Assembly: GCA_045536775.1 (NCBI GenBank)
Contig: JAZSOD010000085.1
Span: forward strand, 10,281 to 74,280
Length of the DNA stretch: 64,000 bases
Direction: 5' to 3'
From: Eubacteriales bacterium
GTDB lineage: Bacteria; Bacillota; Clostridia; Oscillospirales; CAG-272
Each line of letters opens with the position of its first letter. Position 1 is the first letter of the stretch. The position numbers were made by a program, and so were the translations under genes. Of this stretch, positions 50,806-58,248 are shown in pieces. Under the pieces are notes generated by a model. That model was not told where the DNA came from. It saw nothing but the letters and a program-made list of their open reading frames with translations, and did not search any database.

Positions 50806-52224
50806 CTATTTATTTACCATAACTCTTAAAAGATCGTTAAATCTGACAAAGGATTCTATCTCCATGTGTTCATTGGGTGTGTGGATGTCATAGATATTAG
50901 GACCAATCGAGATTATATCCATATCCGGTATTTGGGATTTTACAAGTCCGCATTCAAGTCCTGCGTGAATAGCAGTAACTCTTCCCTCGCGTCCGCTGAC
51001 CTCTTTATACGAAGAAAGATAAATTTTTGCAAGCTTGGATTCAGGGTCATATTGCCATCCGGGATACTCACTTTCAAAAACAGCGTCAAATCCTGCGCAT
51101 TTAGCAAGTTCCTCAGTCTTCTCCTTCATAGAAACGAGAGAATCCGTTACCGAGGAACGCATAGATACGGTTATAACCAACTCACCGTTGATCTCCTTGA
51201 ACGAAGCGAAATTTGAAGAGCTTTCAACGAGCCCTTCCATATCGCGGCTCATTGCGTATACACCGTGCATAATCGATGGAGTCAAGGTCATAACAGAAGC
51301 CGCAAAGTCTTTCGAAAATACAGGGGCGTCTTCGGCATCGTTTACGGTAATATATATTTTTTTATCTTCTTCATTTGCCTTAGCCGCAAGCGTTGCTTCA
51401 TAATCACTGCAAACACTTCTTACGGCATCATAGTCATCGGTTTTTACGGTAATAACGCATTCACGGGCAATAGCATTGTCCATATTTCCTCCAACAATAC
51501 CGCAGAGTGATATCTTATCACCTAAAAGTTGAAGAAGCCTGGAGGCAGACTGACAAGCGCTTATTCTTCCGAGATGAATATCACATCCCGAGTGTCCGCC
51601 CTTTAATCCGCCTATCTTGATCTTTAGCGTTTTTCCGTTAGCGTGACCCGCATATTCAAGCTTACGTGTAAGTCTGCACCTTACTCCGCCTGCACTTCCT
51701 GCTATCGCCTCTCCGTCACATTCTGTATCGAGGTTTATCATCCTTCTTGACTTGATCTTACTGTAATCAAAGTTTATCGCACCGACCAGTCCGGTTTCCT
51801 CTCCCGTGGTAAACAAACATTCTATCTCGGGTGCATCGAAATTATCGTCATCAAGAATTGAGAGCATTATGGCTACAGCCGCACCGTCATCGGCGCCGAG
51901 CGTAGTACCGTCAGCCCAGATATAACCGTCTCGCTCAACAAGGCGGAGACCGTCTTTTAAGAAATCAAAGACAGTATCGACATTCTTCTCACAGACCATA
52001 TCAAGATGACCTTGAAGAAGAACGGGAGCTTCAGTCTCTCGTCCCTTGCTTGCAGGCTTACGAACAAGCACGCAGTCATTTTCATCGTGATAACAGTAAT
52101 AGCCCTTGCTCTTGGCAAAACCTTCGACAAAGTCAGCTAATCCTTTTTCATTCCCCGATCCGTGAGGTATAGAGCAAATTTTCTCAAAGAAGCGGTATGC
52201 GGATATATTTTTATAATCAATCAT
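50806..52224 (-). CDS. pepD: Aminoacyl-histidine dipeptidase (PepD, M20C family)
   Basis: FEKICSIPHGSGNEKGLADF, LQGHLDMV, GADDGAAVA and TTGEETGLVGA. Confidence 0.88.
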   Translation of the reverse strand: MIDYKNISAYRFFEKICSIPHGSGNEKGLADFVEGFAKSKGYYCYHDENDCVLVRKPASKGRETEAPVLLQGHLDMVCEKNVDTVFDFLKDGLRLVERDGYIWADGTTLGADDGAAVAIMLSILDDDNFDAPEIECLFTTGEETGLVGAINFDYSKIKSRRMINLDTECDGEAIAGSAGGVRCRLTRKLEYAGHANGKTLKIKIGGLKGGHSGCDIHLGRISACQSASRLLQLLGDKISLCGIVGGNMDNAIARECVITVKTDDYDAVRSVCSDYEATLAAKANEEDKKIYITVNDAEDAPVFSKDFAASVMTLTPSIMHGVYAMSRDMEGLVESSSNFASFKEINGELVITVSMRSSVTDSLVSMKEKTEELAKCAGFDAVFESEYPGWQYDPESKLAKIYLSSYKEVSGREGRVTAIHAGLECGLVKSQIPDMDIISIGPNIYDIHTPNEHMEIESFVRFNDLLRVMVNK

Positions 52225-52262
52225 TGGTATATATTCTCCGTTTGGTTACTGTTCTTTAGTTT

Positions 52263-52291
52263 ATTATATTCCGTAGTACATTATTCGTCAA
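52263..52291 (-). promoter_or_regulatory. Putative pepD promoter
   Basis: The minus strand reads TTGACG (52286-52291), 17 nt, TATAAT (52263-52268). Confidence 0.55.
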
Positions 52292-52295
52292 GTCC

Positions 52296-52330
52296 TCGCA
52301 GAAAGAAGGTCCATTTTTGAATGGACCTTC
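52296..52330 (-). terminator. Terminator after the HTH-cupin-acyl-CoA synthetase gene
   Basis: GAAGGTCCAT-TCAAAA-ATGGACCTTC (10-bp perfect stem, 52305-52330) followed by TTTCT in the minus sense. It lies 7 nt after the stop at 52338. Confidence 0.75.
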
Positions 52331-52337
52331 AAAATTA

Positions 52338-54632
52338 TCAGAGCTTGTTTCGCTGAATCTTTCCGCTTACAGTCTTGGGGAGACTCTCCCTGAATTCAAC
52401 CACTCTCGGATACTTATATGGAGCCGTCTTTTCCTTGACGTAATTCTGAATCTCACGCTTCAGCTCGTCGCTCGGCTCCTTACCGTTGACAAGAACGATA
52501 CTCGCCTTTACGATCTGCCCTCTTACCTCGTCGGGAACTGCCGAAACACCGCATTCAAGAACGTAAGGAAGCTCCATAATTACACTCTCGATCTCGAACG
52601 GACCGATGCGGTAACCAGATGACTTTATAACGTCATCAACTCGTCCTACGTACCAATAATATCCGTCCTCATCGCACCATGCAACATCTCCCGTATGGTA
52701 ATAACCGTCATGCCATACCTCGCGGGTCTTTTCTTCGTCACCGTAGTAACCCGTGAACAAACCGCAGGGGGCGCCGTTTCTGATATCTATAACGATCTCT
52801 CCCGACTCACTCGTCTTAACGGGGTTTCCATCAGCATCCTGAAGCTCGACCTTATAAATGGGAGCAGGCTTACCCATAGAACCTATCTTGTGGGGCTTTC
52901 CTACGAGATTACCGATTATCATCGTGCTTTCGGTCTGACCAAAGCCCTCTTTAATCTGAAGTCCGGTCGCCTTTTCAAACTGACGGTACACCTCGGGATT
53001 AAGCGCTTCTCCTGCTGTTGTCATATGACGTACAGAAGAAAAATCGTATTTTGAAATGTCCTGCTTTACCATCATACGAAGCATTGTAGGAGGTGCGCAG
53101 AAGGTTGTTATATGATACTTTGCAAACATAGGAAGTATATCCGCTGCATCAAAACGGTCAAAATCATAAACGAAGGTTGCCGCTTCACAGAGCCACTGTC
53201 CGTAGAGCTTGCCCCACATTGCCTTTGCCCAACCGGTATCGGATATTGTAAAGTGAAGCCCGTCGGGATCAACGTTATGCCAATATTTTGCCGTATGGAA
53301 ATGTCCAAGCGGGTATTTGTGGTTATGAGTTGCGATCTTCGGATATCCCGAGGTTCCCGAGGTGAAGTACATGAGCATAGTATCCTCACCGCAAGGAGAA
53401 TCCTCAGTCCTATCGAAGTGTGTACTGAAGCGCTTGTATTCCTCGTCGAAATCTCTCCAACCATCTCTCGCGCTTCCGACAACAAGCTTATTTATAAGCG
53501 TCGGACACTTGACTGCCGCAAGGTCCACCTGATTTGCAACATCGCCATCGCCCGTACAAACTATCGTGCTTACACCTGCAGCATTGAAGCGGTATTCGAG
53601 ATCGTGCTCGTGAAGCTGGTCAACTGCAGGAATTGCAATCGCTCCAAGCTTATTAAGTCCGAGCATAGCTATCCAGAACTGATAATGACGCTTTAAGATA
53701 AGCATTACTCTATCGCCCTTCTTAATTCCGAGCGAAGCAAAGTAGTTTGCACACTGATTGGATGCTCTTCTCATATCGGTAAATGTAAAGCGTCTTTCTG
53801 TCTTGTCCTTTGATATGTGGAGCATAGCAAGCTTTTCGGGTTCACGCTTTGAAAGCTCGTCAACAAGGTCAAAGGCAAAGTTGAATTTGTTTTCATTTTT
53901 GAAAGTTATAGACGTGGGCGTACCACTTTCGTCTTCAACGATATCAATAAAATTATGGTAAATTCTGTCCTTTGTATCTCTGTGGACCGAACCGATTATC
54001 TGCTCGGTTTTAACGATATCCGAGGTTGCTGATTCCGAAACGTCAACGTCACCTCTAAGAACTATGGCATAGAACTTACAATCCTTACCGTTTACCGCTA
54101 TCATACCGTGCGGAGTATCGGAATTATAGTAAATGCTATCACCGGGGCCAAGGACCTCCTTGTGATCACCAACCTGTACCATAAGGTGGCCTTCTATTAC
54201 GATATCACATTCTTGGCCCGCGTGAGTTGTAAGCTCAATATCTCTGTTCTGCGCAGACTCATCGTAAGAGCTGAGAACGTAAAGAGGCTCAGCAATGCGG
54301 TTTTTGAAGGCGTAAGCAAGATTGTGATATATCATACCGTGCGCCTTAGCTATCTGCTGTCCCGCACCTGCTCTTGTTACGGTATACGATTTAAGATTAG
54401 GGCTATAACCCTCGATAATATCCGTTACGTTTACTCTGAGCGCCGCGGCACAACGGTAAATAAACGCAAAGTTGAGATCAGACTCGCCGTTCTCACATCT
54501 GACGTATTCTTCGACCGTAATTCCCGTCTTCTCGGCCATTTCTTCGGGAGTGTAGTTTTCGATGATTCTGAGCTCACGGATACGCTCCGCCATCTCTTTG
54601 ATCTTAAGATTAATGTCTCTTAGGTTTTCCAT
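52338..54632 (-). CDS. Fusion protein: XRE-type HTH + cupin domain + medium-chain acyl-CoA synthetase-like adenylate-forming enzyme
   Basis: The track ORF (to 54755) is an artefactual extension through the T-box terminator. The real start is ATG 54632 (MENLRDINL...) after AGGAGA. The HTH reads YTPEEMAEKTGITVEEYVRCENGESDLNF. The cupin reads HAGQECDIVIEGHLMVQVGD...PGDSIYYNSDTPHG. AMP-binding motifs are YFTSGTSGYPK, ISDTGWAKAMW, GYYHTGD, SSGYRIGPFEIES and the C-terminal SGKIQR. Confidence 0.85.
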   Translation of the reverse strand: MENLRDINLKIKEMAERIRELRIIENYTPEEMAEKTGITVEEYVRCENGESDLNFAFIYRCAAALRVNVTDIIEGYSPNLKSYTVTRAGAGQQIAKAHGMIYHNLAYAFKNRIAEPLYVLSSYDESAQNRDIELTTHAGQECDIVIEGHLMVQVGDHKEVLGPGDSIYYNSDTPHGMIAVNGKDCKFYAIVLRGDVDVSESATSDIVKTEQIIGSVHRDTKDRIYHNFIDIVEDESGTPTSITFKNENKFNFAFDLVDELSKREPEKLAMLHISKDKTERRFTFTDMRRASNQCANYFASLGIKKGDRVMLILKRHYQFWIAMLGLNKLGAIAIPAVDQLHEHDLEYRFNAAGVSTIVCTGDGDVANQVDLAAVKCPTLINKLVVGSARDGWRDFDEEYKRFSTHFDRTEDSPCGEDTMLMYFTSGTSGYPKIATHNHKYPLGHFHTAKYWHNVDPDGLHFTISDTGWAKAMWGKLYGQWLCEAATFVYDFDRFDAADILPMFAKYHITTFCAPPTMLRMMVKQDISKYDFSSVRHMTTAGEALNPEVYRQFEKATGLQIKEGFGQTESTMIIGNLVGKPHKIGSMGKPAPIYKVELQDADGNPVKTSESGEIVIDIRNGAPCGLFTGYYGDEEKTREVWHDGYYHTGDVAWCDEDGYYWYVGRVDDVIKSSGYRIGPFEIESVIMELPYVLECGVSAVPDEVRGQIVKASIVLVNGKEPSDELKREIQNYVKEKTAPYKYPRVVEFRESLPKTVSGKIQRNKL

Positions 54633-54644
54633 TTCTTCTCCTTT

Positions 54645-54925
54645 TATGAGGCATAAAAAAATCGCCCCAAAGTAAAGTAAAAACTTTGAGACGAGTGTAA
54701 ATTCACCCGCGGTACCACTCAAATTGCGATAAAATCGCCACTCCGGGTCAAACAACCCTTATGCATTAACGCAGCAATCACGGAAAGGTTCTACTCGCTT
54801 TCGCTTTCTTCCTTCCGGCTCGGAAGCTACAAACAACTCCACTCACCCATGGCTCGCACCGACCGCCATTTCTCTCAAGGGTTTATGTAAGATGCCCTCT
54901 TCGTCAAAGCCTTTATATGTGTTAA
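54645..54925 (-). promoter_or_regulatory. T-box riboswitch leader (tRNA-sensing transcription attenuator)
   Basis: Read in the minus-strand sense. Stem I base with K-turn is GGCTTTGACGAAG...CTTCCGAGCC. The AG-bay is TTGAGAGAA and the distal loop is GGTCGGTGCGA. An F-box-like GCGTTA and Stem III GCGATTTTATCGC follow. The T-box is AATTTGAGTGGTACCGCGGGTG. The antiterminator is TTTGAG[TGGTACC]GCGGGTG-AATTTA-CACTCGT-CTCAAA. It competes with the terminator CGTCTCAAAGT-TTTTACTTT-ACTTTGGGGCG + A-T7 (54654-54693). The ATG is 22 nt downstream. Confidence 0.9.
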
Positions 54926-54952
54926 TATACCACAATTAAATAAATCTGTCAA
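54924..54952 (-). promoter_or_regulatory. Promoter of the T-box leader
   Basis: The minus strand reads TTGACA (54947-54952), 17 nt, TGG-TATATT (-10 at 54924-29, extended -10 TG). Confidence 0.65.
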
Positions 54953-54976
54953 TACTTTGACAAGATTTTTATAAAT

Positions 54977-55009
54977 TACAGCCGCAGTAATCTAAACTGC
55001 GGCTGTAAT
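54977..55009 (-). terminator. Terminator after putP
   Basis: TTACAGCCGCAGT-loop(7)-ACTGCGGCTGTAA, a 13-bp perfect stem followed in the minus sense by ATTTATAAAAATC. Confidence 0.75.
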
Positions 55010-55016
55010 ATGTAAT

Positions 55017-56552
55017 TTAGTCATCAATACTGTTATCAGTTGCTTTTTCAAAAATAGCATTGACCTCAGCGGAGGGAGCTTTATCGATGAGCGTAACGAT
55101 AATAGCGGCAATTCCACCAATTATAAATCCCGGAATGATCTCATAAACACCTGTAACTGCGCCAAGAGTATTTCCTCCGACAACGGGAAGCCAGAGCCAA
55201 CACATATCAACGAGTGCACCTACGATTATGCCGGCAACAGCTCCTTTATATGTAAATCTTTTCCAAAAGAGTGAGAAAAGAACAACAGGTCCGAATGCCG
55301 CTCCGAATATGCCCCATGCATTTGAAACGAGATCCATAATAGCCTGTGCAGCCTTACCCTTACTGCTTGCAATAAAGTAAGCAATAACAGCAATTACAAG
55401 TACCACAACACGGCTAACCCAAAGCATTTCTTTATTAGAAGCATTTTTTCTAACGAGCGGCTTATAAAGGTCGCTTGAGAACGATGATGCCGCAACGAGA
55501 AGCTGTGAATCCGCCGTCGACATAGACGCCGCAATAATCGCAGCAAGAAGAAGTCCTGCTATGAAAGCGGGGAAAACATCACGAGCAAGCTCGACAAATA
55601 TAAGCGACTGTTTTCCTTCGGCAAGAAGCTTTGCAGAAAGATCTACGCCGTTAGAATATACGAACATTCTTCCGAGATAGCCTATAGCAATAGTTGCGGC
55701 GAGCGAAAGAACGACCCATATAATAGCAACGGTAGCAGATTTCTTTACCATCGACGGCTTCTTGATAGCCATAAATCTGACAATAATATGAGGCATACCG
55801 AAGTAACCGAGACCCCAGCCGAGACCCGAGAGAATTTCCTGCCAGCTTGCATTAAAGAAAGTAGAAACGAACTTAAACTCTTCGCCGTTAGGTCCTGTAT
55901 ATATAGTATTTATTGCGTTAGGATCAAGGTCCTTAACAGATACTATAGTTATCGGAACTATAAGAAGCGCGGCAATCATAAGAAGTCCCTGGAAAAAGTC
56001 TGTCCAACAAACTGCCCTAAAGCCGCCAAGGAAGGTATACGCAAGAACTATTGCCGCAAATATAAGCATGGCGGTCGTTCTCTGAAGCTCGGGCACGAGC
56101 GTTGTGAAAACGTCAGCGCCTGCAACGAATGCCGATGCAACATATATCGTGAAGCATACAAGGAACACTATAGCGCAAATAATACTTACGGTATGGCTCT
56201 TGGATGCAAAACGATTGGACAAATACTGAGGAAGTGTTATAGCATCACCCGACGCCTTAGAAAACTTGCGAAGTCTCTTGGCAACAAGTATCCAGTTAGC
56301 TGCAGTACCGATTGCAAGACCGATACCGATCCAAGCCTGTCCGAATCCGAACGCAAGAATGCTTCCGGGAAGTCCCATAAGAAGCCAAGCGCTCATATCG
56401 GATGCCTGAGCACTCATAGCCGTAACCCAAGGTCCCATCTCTCGTCCGCCGAGGAAGTAATCCTTTTCAGTCGTTGCCTTGGACTTGAAAAAGAAAAACA
56501 GGCCAATGGCAATCATAGCAACAAAATATAAAGAAAACGCTAATATGTCCAT
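55017..56552 (-). CDS. putP: Sodium/proline symporter (SSF family, PutP-like)
   Basis: 511 aa. DYFLGGREMGPWVTAMSAQASDMSAWLLMGLPG, GWGLGYFGMPHIIVRFMA and AWGIFGAAFGPVVLFSLFW closely parallel E. coli PutP motifs as I remember them. Confidence 0.88.
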   Translation of the reverse strand: MDILAFSLYFVAMIAIGLFFFFKSKATTEKDYFLGGREMGPWVTAMSAQASDMSAWLLMGLPGSILAFGFGQAWIGIGLAIGTAANWILVAKRLRKFSKASGDAITLPQYLSNRFASKSHTVSIICAIVFLVCFTIYVASAFVAGADVFTTLVPELQRTTAMLIFAAIVLAYTFLGGFRAVCWTDFFQGLLMIAALLIVPITIVSVKDLDPNAINTIYTGPNGEEFKFVSTFFNASWQEILSGLGWGLGYFGMPHIIVRFMAIKKPSMVKKSATVAIIWVVLSLAATIAIGYLGRMFVYSNGVDLSAKLLAEGKQSLIFVELARDVFPAFIAGLLLAAIIAASMSTADSQLLVAASSFSSDLYKPLVRKNASNKEMLWVSRVVVLVIAVIAYFIASSKGKAAQAIMDLVSNAWGIFGAAFGPVVLFSLFWKRFTYKGAVAGIIVGALVDMCWLWLPVVGGNTLGAVTGVYEIIPGFIIGGIAAIIVTLIDKAPSAEVNAIFEKATDNSIDD

Positions 56553-56593
56553 TTATTTAGTCTCCTTTGACTGTTAATAAAAATTACCAAATA

Positions 56594-56622
56594 ATTATAT
56601 CATATAAATCTGTAAAATGCAA
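56594..56622 (-). promoter_or_regulatory. Putative putP promoter
   Basis: The minus strand reads TTGCAT (56617-56622), 17 nt, TATAAT (56594-56599). Confidence 0.55.
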
Positions 56623-56638
56623 TAGTAAAAGAAGAAAA

Positions 56639-56665
56639 GAGCCGCCGTCAAACAGACGCCGACTC
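56639..56665 (-). terminator. Possible (imperfect) terminator after the SDR gene
   Basis: GC-rich imperfect inverted repeat GAGCCGCCG...CGCCGACTC followed in the minus sense by TTTTCTTCTTTT. Confidence 0.4.
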
Positions 56666-56678
56666 ATAACAATTAATA

Positions 56679-57479
56679 TTAAGGACGAAGACCCATACCG
56701 CCCTCAAGCGTAACGGTTTCGCCGTTCATATACTTAAAGTCGGGAGATGCGATCTGCACGCATACTCTGCCAATCTCAAGCTCGGAGTCACCAAAGTGTC
56801 CTGCGGGAGGCATTTTTACGTTTGCCTTGAAGGCTTCGGGATATGCTTTTTCAAAGTTTTCAAGCTGTGAGGTCCATGCGAGAGGGCAAATTACGTTTGT
56901 ATTGATGCCGTCAGCTGCCCACTCGGTAGCCGCAACGCGCGAAAGTCCGCGAATCGCTTCTTTGGCAGCCGCATACGAGCATTGTCCGTAATTTCCGAAA
57001 AGTCCTGCTCCCGACGCAAAGTTAATGATACTTCCCTTAGTTTCTTTAAGGTAAGGATAGCACGCCTTCATATAATAGAATGTTGCGTATAGACCCGAAT
57101 ACATGGCAAGATTAAACTGTTCGGTTGTGTGGTTCTGAATTGTTACGCCCGACGCAGACGCCTGTGCATTATTGATGAGAACGTCAATTCTTCCGAATTC
57201 CTTCATTGCTGCTTCTGCAACGCCGTTAGCAATCGCTTCATTGTCAGCTCCGTCAGAAATATCTGCCTGGAGGGCAAGAACCTTGATTCCGTAAAGTCTT
57301 TCAAGCTCTTCCTTTGCCATTTCAAGCTTTTCTACGTTACGTCCCGTAATAACAATATTTGCGCCCTCTTTAGCGTATGCGGTTGCAATTCCATACCCTA
57401 TAGATCCGCATCTTCCGTCAGAAAGCTTTGCGTATCCGCCACCGGTTATGATAGCGGTCTTCCCTGTTAAGTGTCCCAT
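56679..57479 (-). CDS. Short-chain dehydrogenase/reductase (SDR) family oxidoreductase
   Basis: The Rossmann motif has an insertion: TGGGYAKLSDGRCGSIGYGIA. NNAQA is present, and the catalytic Y-x3-K is in SYAAAKEA. The substrate is unknown. Confidence 0.8.
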   Translation of the reverse strand: MGHLTGKTAIITGGGYAKLSDGRCGSIGYGIATAYAKEGANIVITGRNVEKLEMAKEELERLYGIKVLALQADISDGADNEAIANGVAEAAMKEFGRIDVLINNAQASASGVTIQNHTTEQFNLAMYSGLYATFYYMKACYPYLKETKGSIINFASGAGLFGNYGQCSYAAAKEAIRGLSRVAATEWAADGINTNVICPLAWTSQLENFEKAYPEAFKANVKMPPAGHFGDSELEIGRVCVQIASPDFKYMNGETVTLEGGMGLRP

Positions 57480-57508
57480 GATAACCTCCGATAATTCAAT
57501 TTACGTAC

Positions 57509-57537
57509 ATTGTATCACAAAAGCACGAGATTAGCAA
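57509..57537 (-). promoter_or_regulatory. Putative SDR gene promoter
   Basis: The minus strand reads TTGCTA (57532-57537), 17 nt, TGA-TACAAT (-10 at 57509-57514). Confidence 0.5.
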
Positions 57538-57854
57538 TATCATAACAAAAAGAAAATTTGTTTCATATATTTTTACCAAAACATTCGCTATATCTCACGA
57601 TATTTGTGGGTAATATAGTTTTAATATCTTACCTCTTTATAAAAATATTACTTTTTCAGATAAATAAAGAAGCACTTGCGGTATCCAAATGCTTCTTGTC
57701 TGGCTAATCAAGACGGAAAGACTATTGCTGAAAAAGTCTTATTTTGCAAGGGTGTCAGAAATTATTCATTATTTATCAGCGAAGCGACTTCATTCTTCAT
57801 TATTCATTCAAAATCCGCTTGAGGTAAATGAATGATGAATAATGAAAAGTGAAT

Positions 57855-57895
57855 AATACAAACAAAAATCCGCCTTCTTACGAAAGCGGATTTTG
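57855..57895 (-). terminator. Terminator after the tRNA-Arg/tRNA-His unit
   Basis: Minus-strand sense reads AAAATCCGC-loop(12)-GCGGATTTTT followed by GTTTGTATTATT. It starts 3 nt after the CCA end of tRNA-His. Confidence 0.8.
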
Positions 57896-57897
57896 TT

Positions 57898-57975
57898 TGG
57901 GGTGAGATATCGGATTCGAACCGACGGCCTTCAGGGCCACAACCTGACGCTCTAACCAACTGAGCTAATCCCACC
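57898..57975 (-). tRNA. tRNA-His (anticodon GTG)
   Basis: Manual cloverleaf: G(-1) GTGGGAT TA GCTC AGTTGGTTA GAGC G TCAGG TTGTGGC CCTGA AGGCC GTCGG TTCGAAT CCGAT ATCTCAC C CCA. The encoded G-1:C73 pair is the His identity element. CCA is encoded. Confidence 0.93.
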
Positions 57976-58048
57976 GTATTTACTACAAACAATTAAGAGA
58001 TAACGGACAATGCAGTTTTCATTCCCATTATCTCTTAATGCTTGGTTA

Positions 58049-58125
58049 TGGCGTACCCTGGGGGATTCGAACCTCCGACCTACTGCTTAGAAGGCAGTTG
58101 CTCTATCCTGCTGAGCTAAGGGTAC
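58049..58125 (-). tRNA. tRNA-Arg (anticodon TCT)
   Basis: Manual cloverleaf: GTACCCT TA GCTC AGCAGGATA GAGC A ACTGC CTTCTAA GCAGT AGGTC GGAGG TTCGAAT CCCCC AGGGTAC G CCA. There is one A.C mismatch in the T stem. CCA is encoded. Confidence 0.85.
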
Positions 58126-58165
58126 ATTTGCCTTTGGAAAGCCTTGCTTTCCGTCAACGATATGT

Positions 58166-58194
58166 ATTATAACATAACGATTTTACAATGTCAA
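58166..58194 (-). promoter_or_regulatory. Strong consensus promoter of the tRNA unit
   Basis: The minus strand reads TTGACA (58189-58194), 17 nt, TGT-TATAAT (-10 at 58166-58171). Both hexamers are perfect and an extended -10 is present. Confidence 0.7.
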
Positions 58195-58212
58195 TAGCAA
58201 AAATCAATAATT

Positions 58213-58246
58213 AATAAAAAATTCGGCGCAAAATATGCGCCGAATT
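58213..58246 (-). terminator. Terminator after the sigma/membrane-protein pair
   Basis: AATTCGGCGC-loop(7)-GCGCCGAATT followed in the minus sense by TTTTTTATT. It starts right after the stop at 58249. Confidence 0.85.
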
Positions 58247-58248
58247 CA

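Noticed and set aside
54633-54755. N-terminal 41-codon extension of the acyl-CoA synthetase ORF in the track (MFDPEWRFYRNLSG...)
   Set aside because: The extension runs through the T-box terminator and T7 tract. It has no RBS, whereas ATG 54632 follows AGGAGA.
55788-56531. 247-aa + strand ORF
   Set aside because: Antisense to the putP gene. It is a basic low-complexity translation with no start context.
55017-56552. SSF permease next to an acyl-CoA synthetase as an actP-acs-like carboxylate uptake/activation operon
   Set aside because: The permease matches PutP motifs closely rather than ActP. It is separated from the synthetase gene by its own strong terminator (54977-55009) and by the T-box promoter, so co-regulation is not supported.
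57804-57992. 62-aa - strand ORF
   Set aside because: It overlaps tRNA-His and its terminator. The translation is of tRNA sequence.
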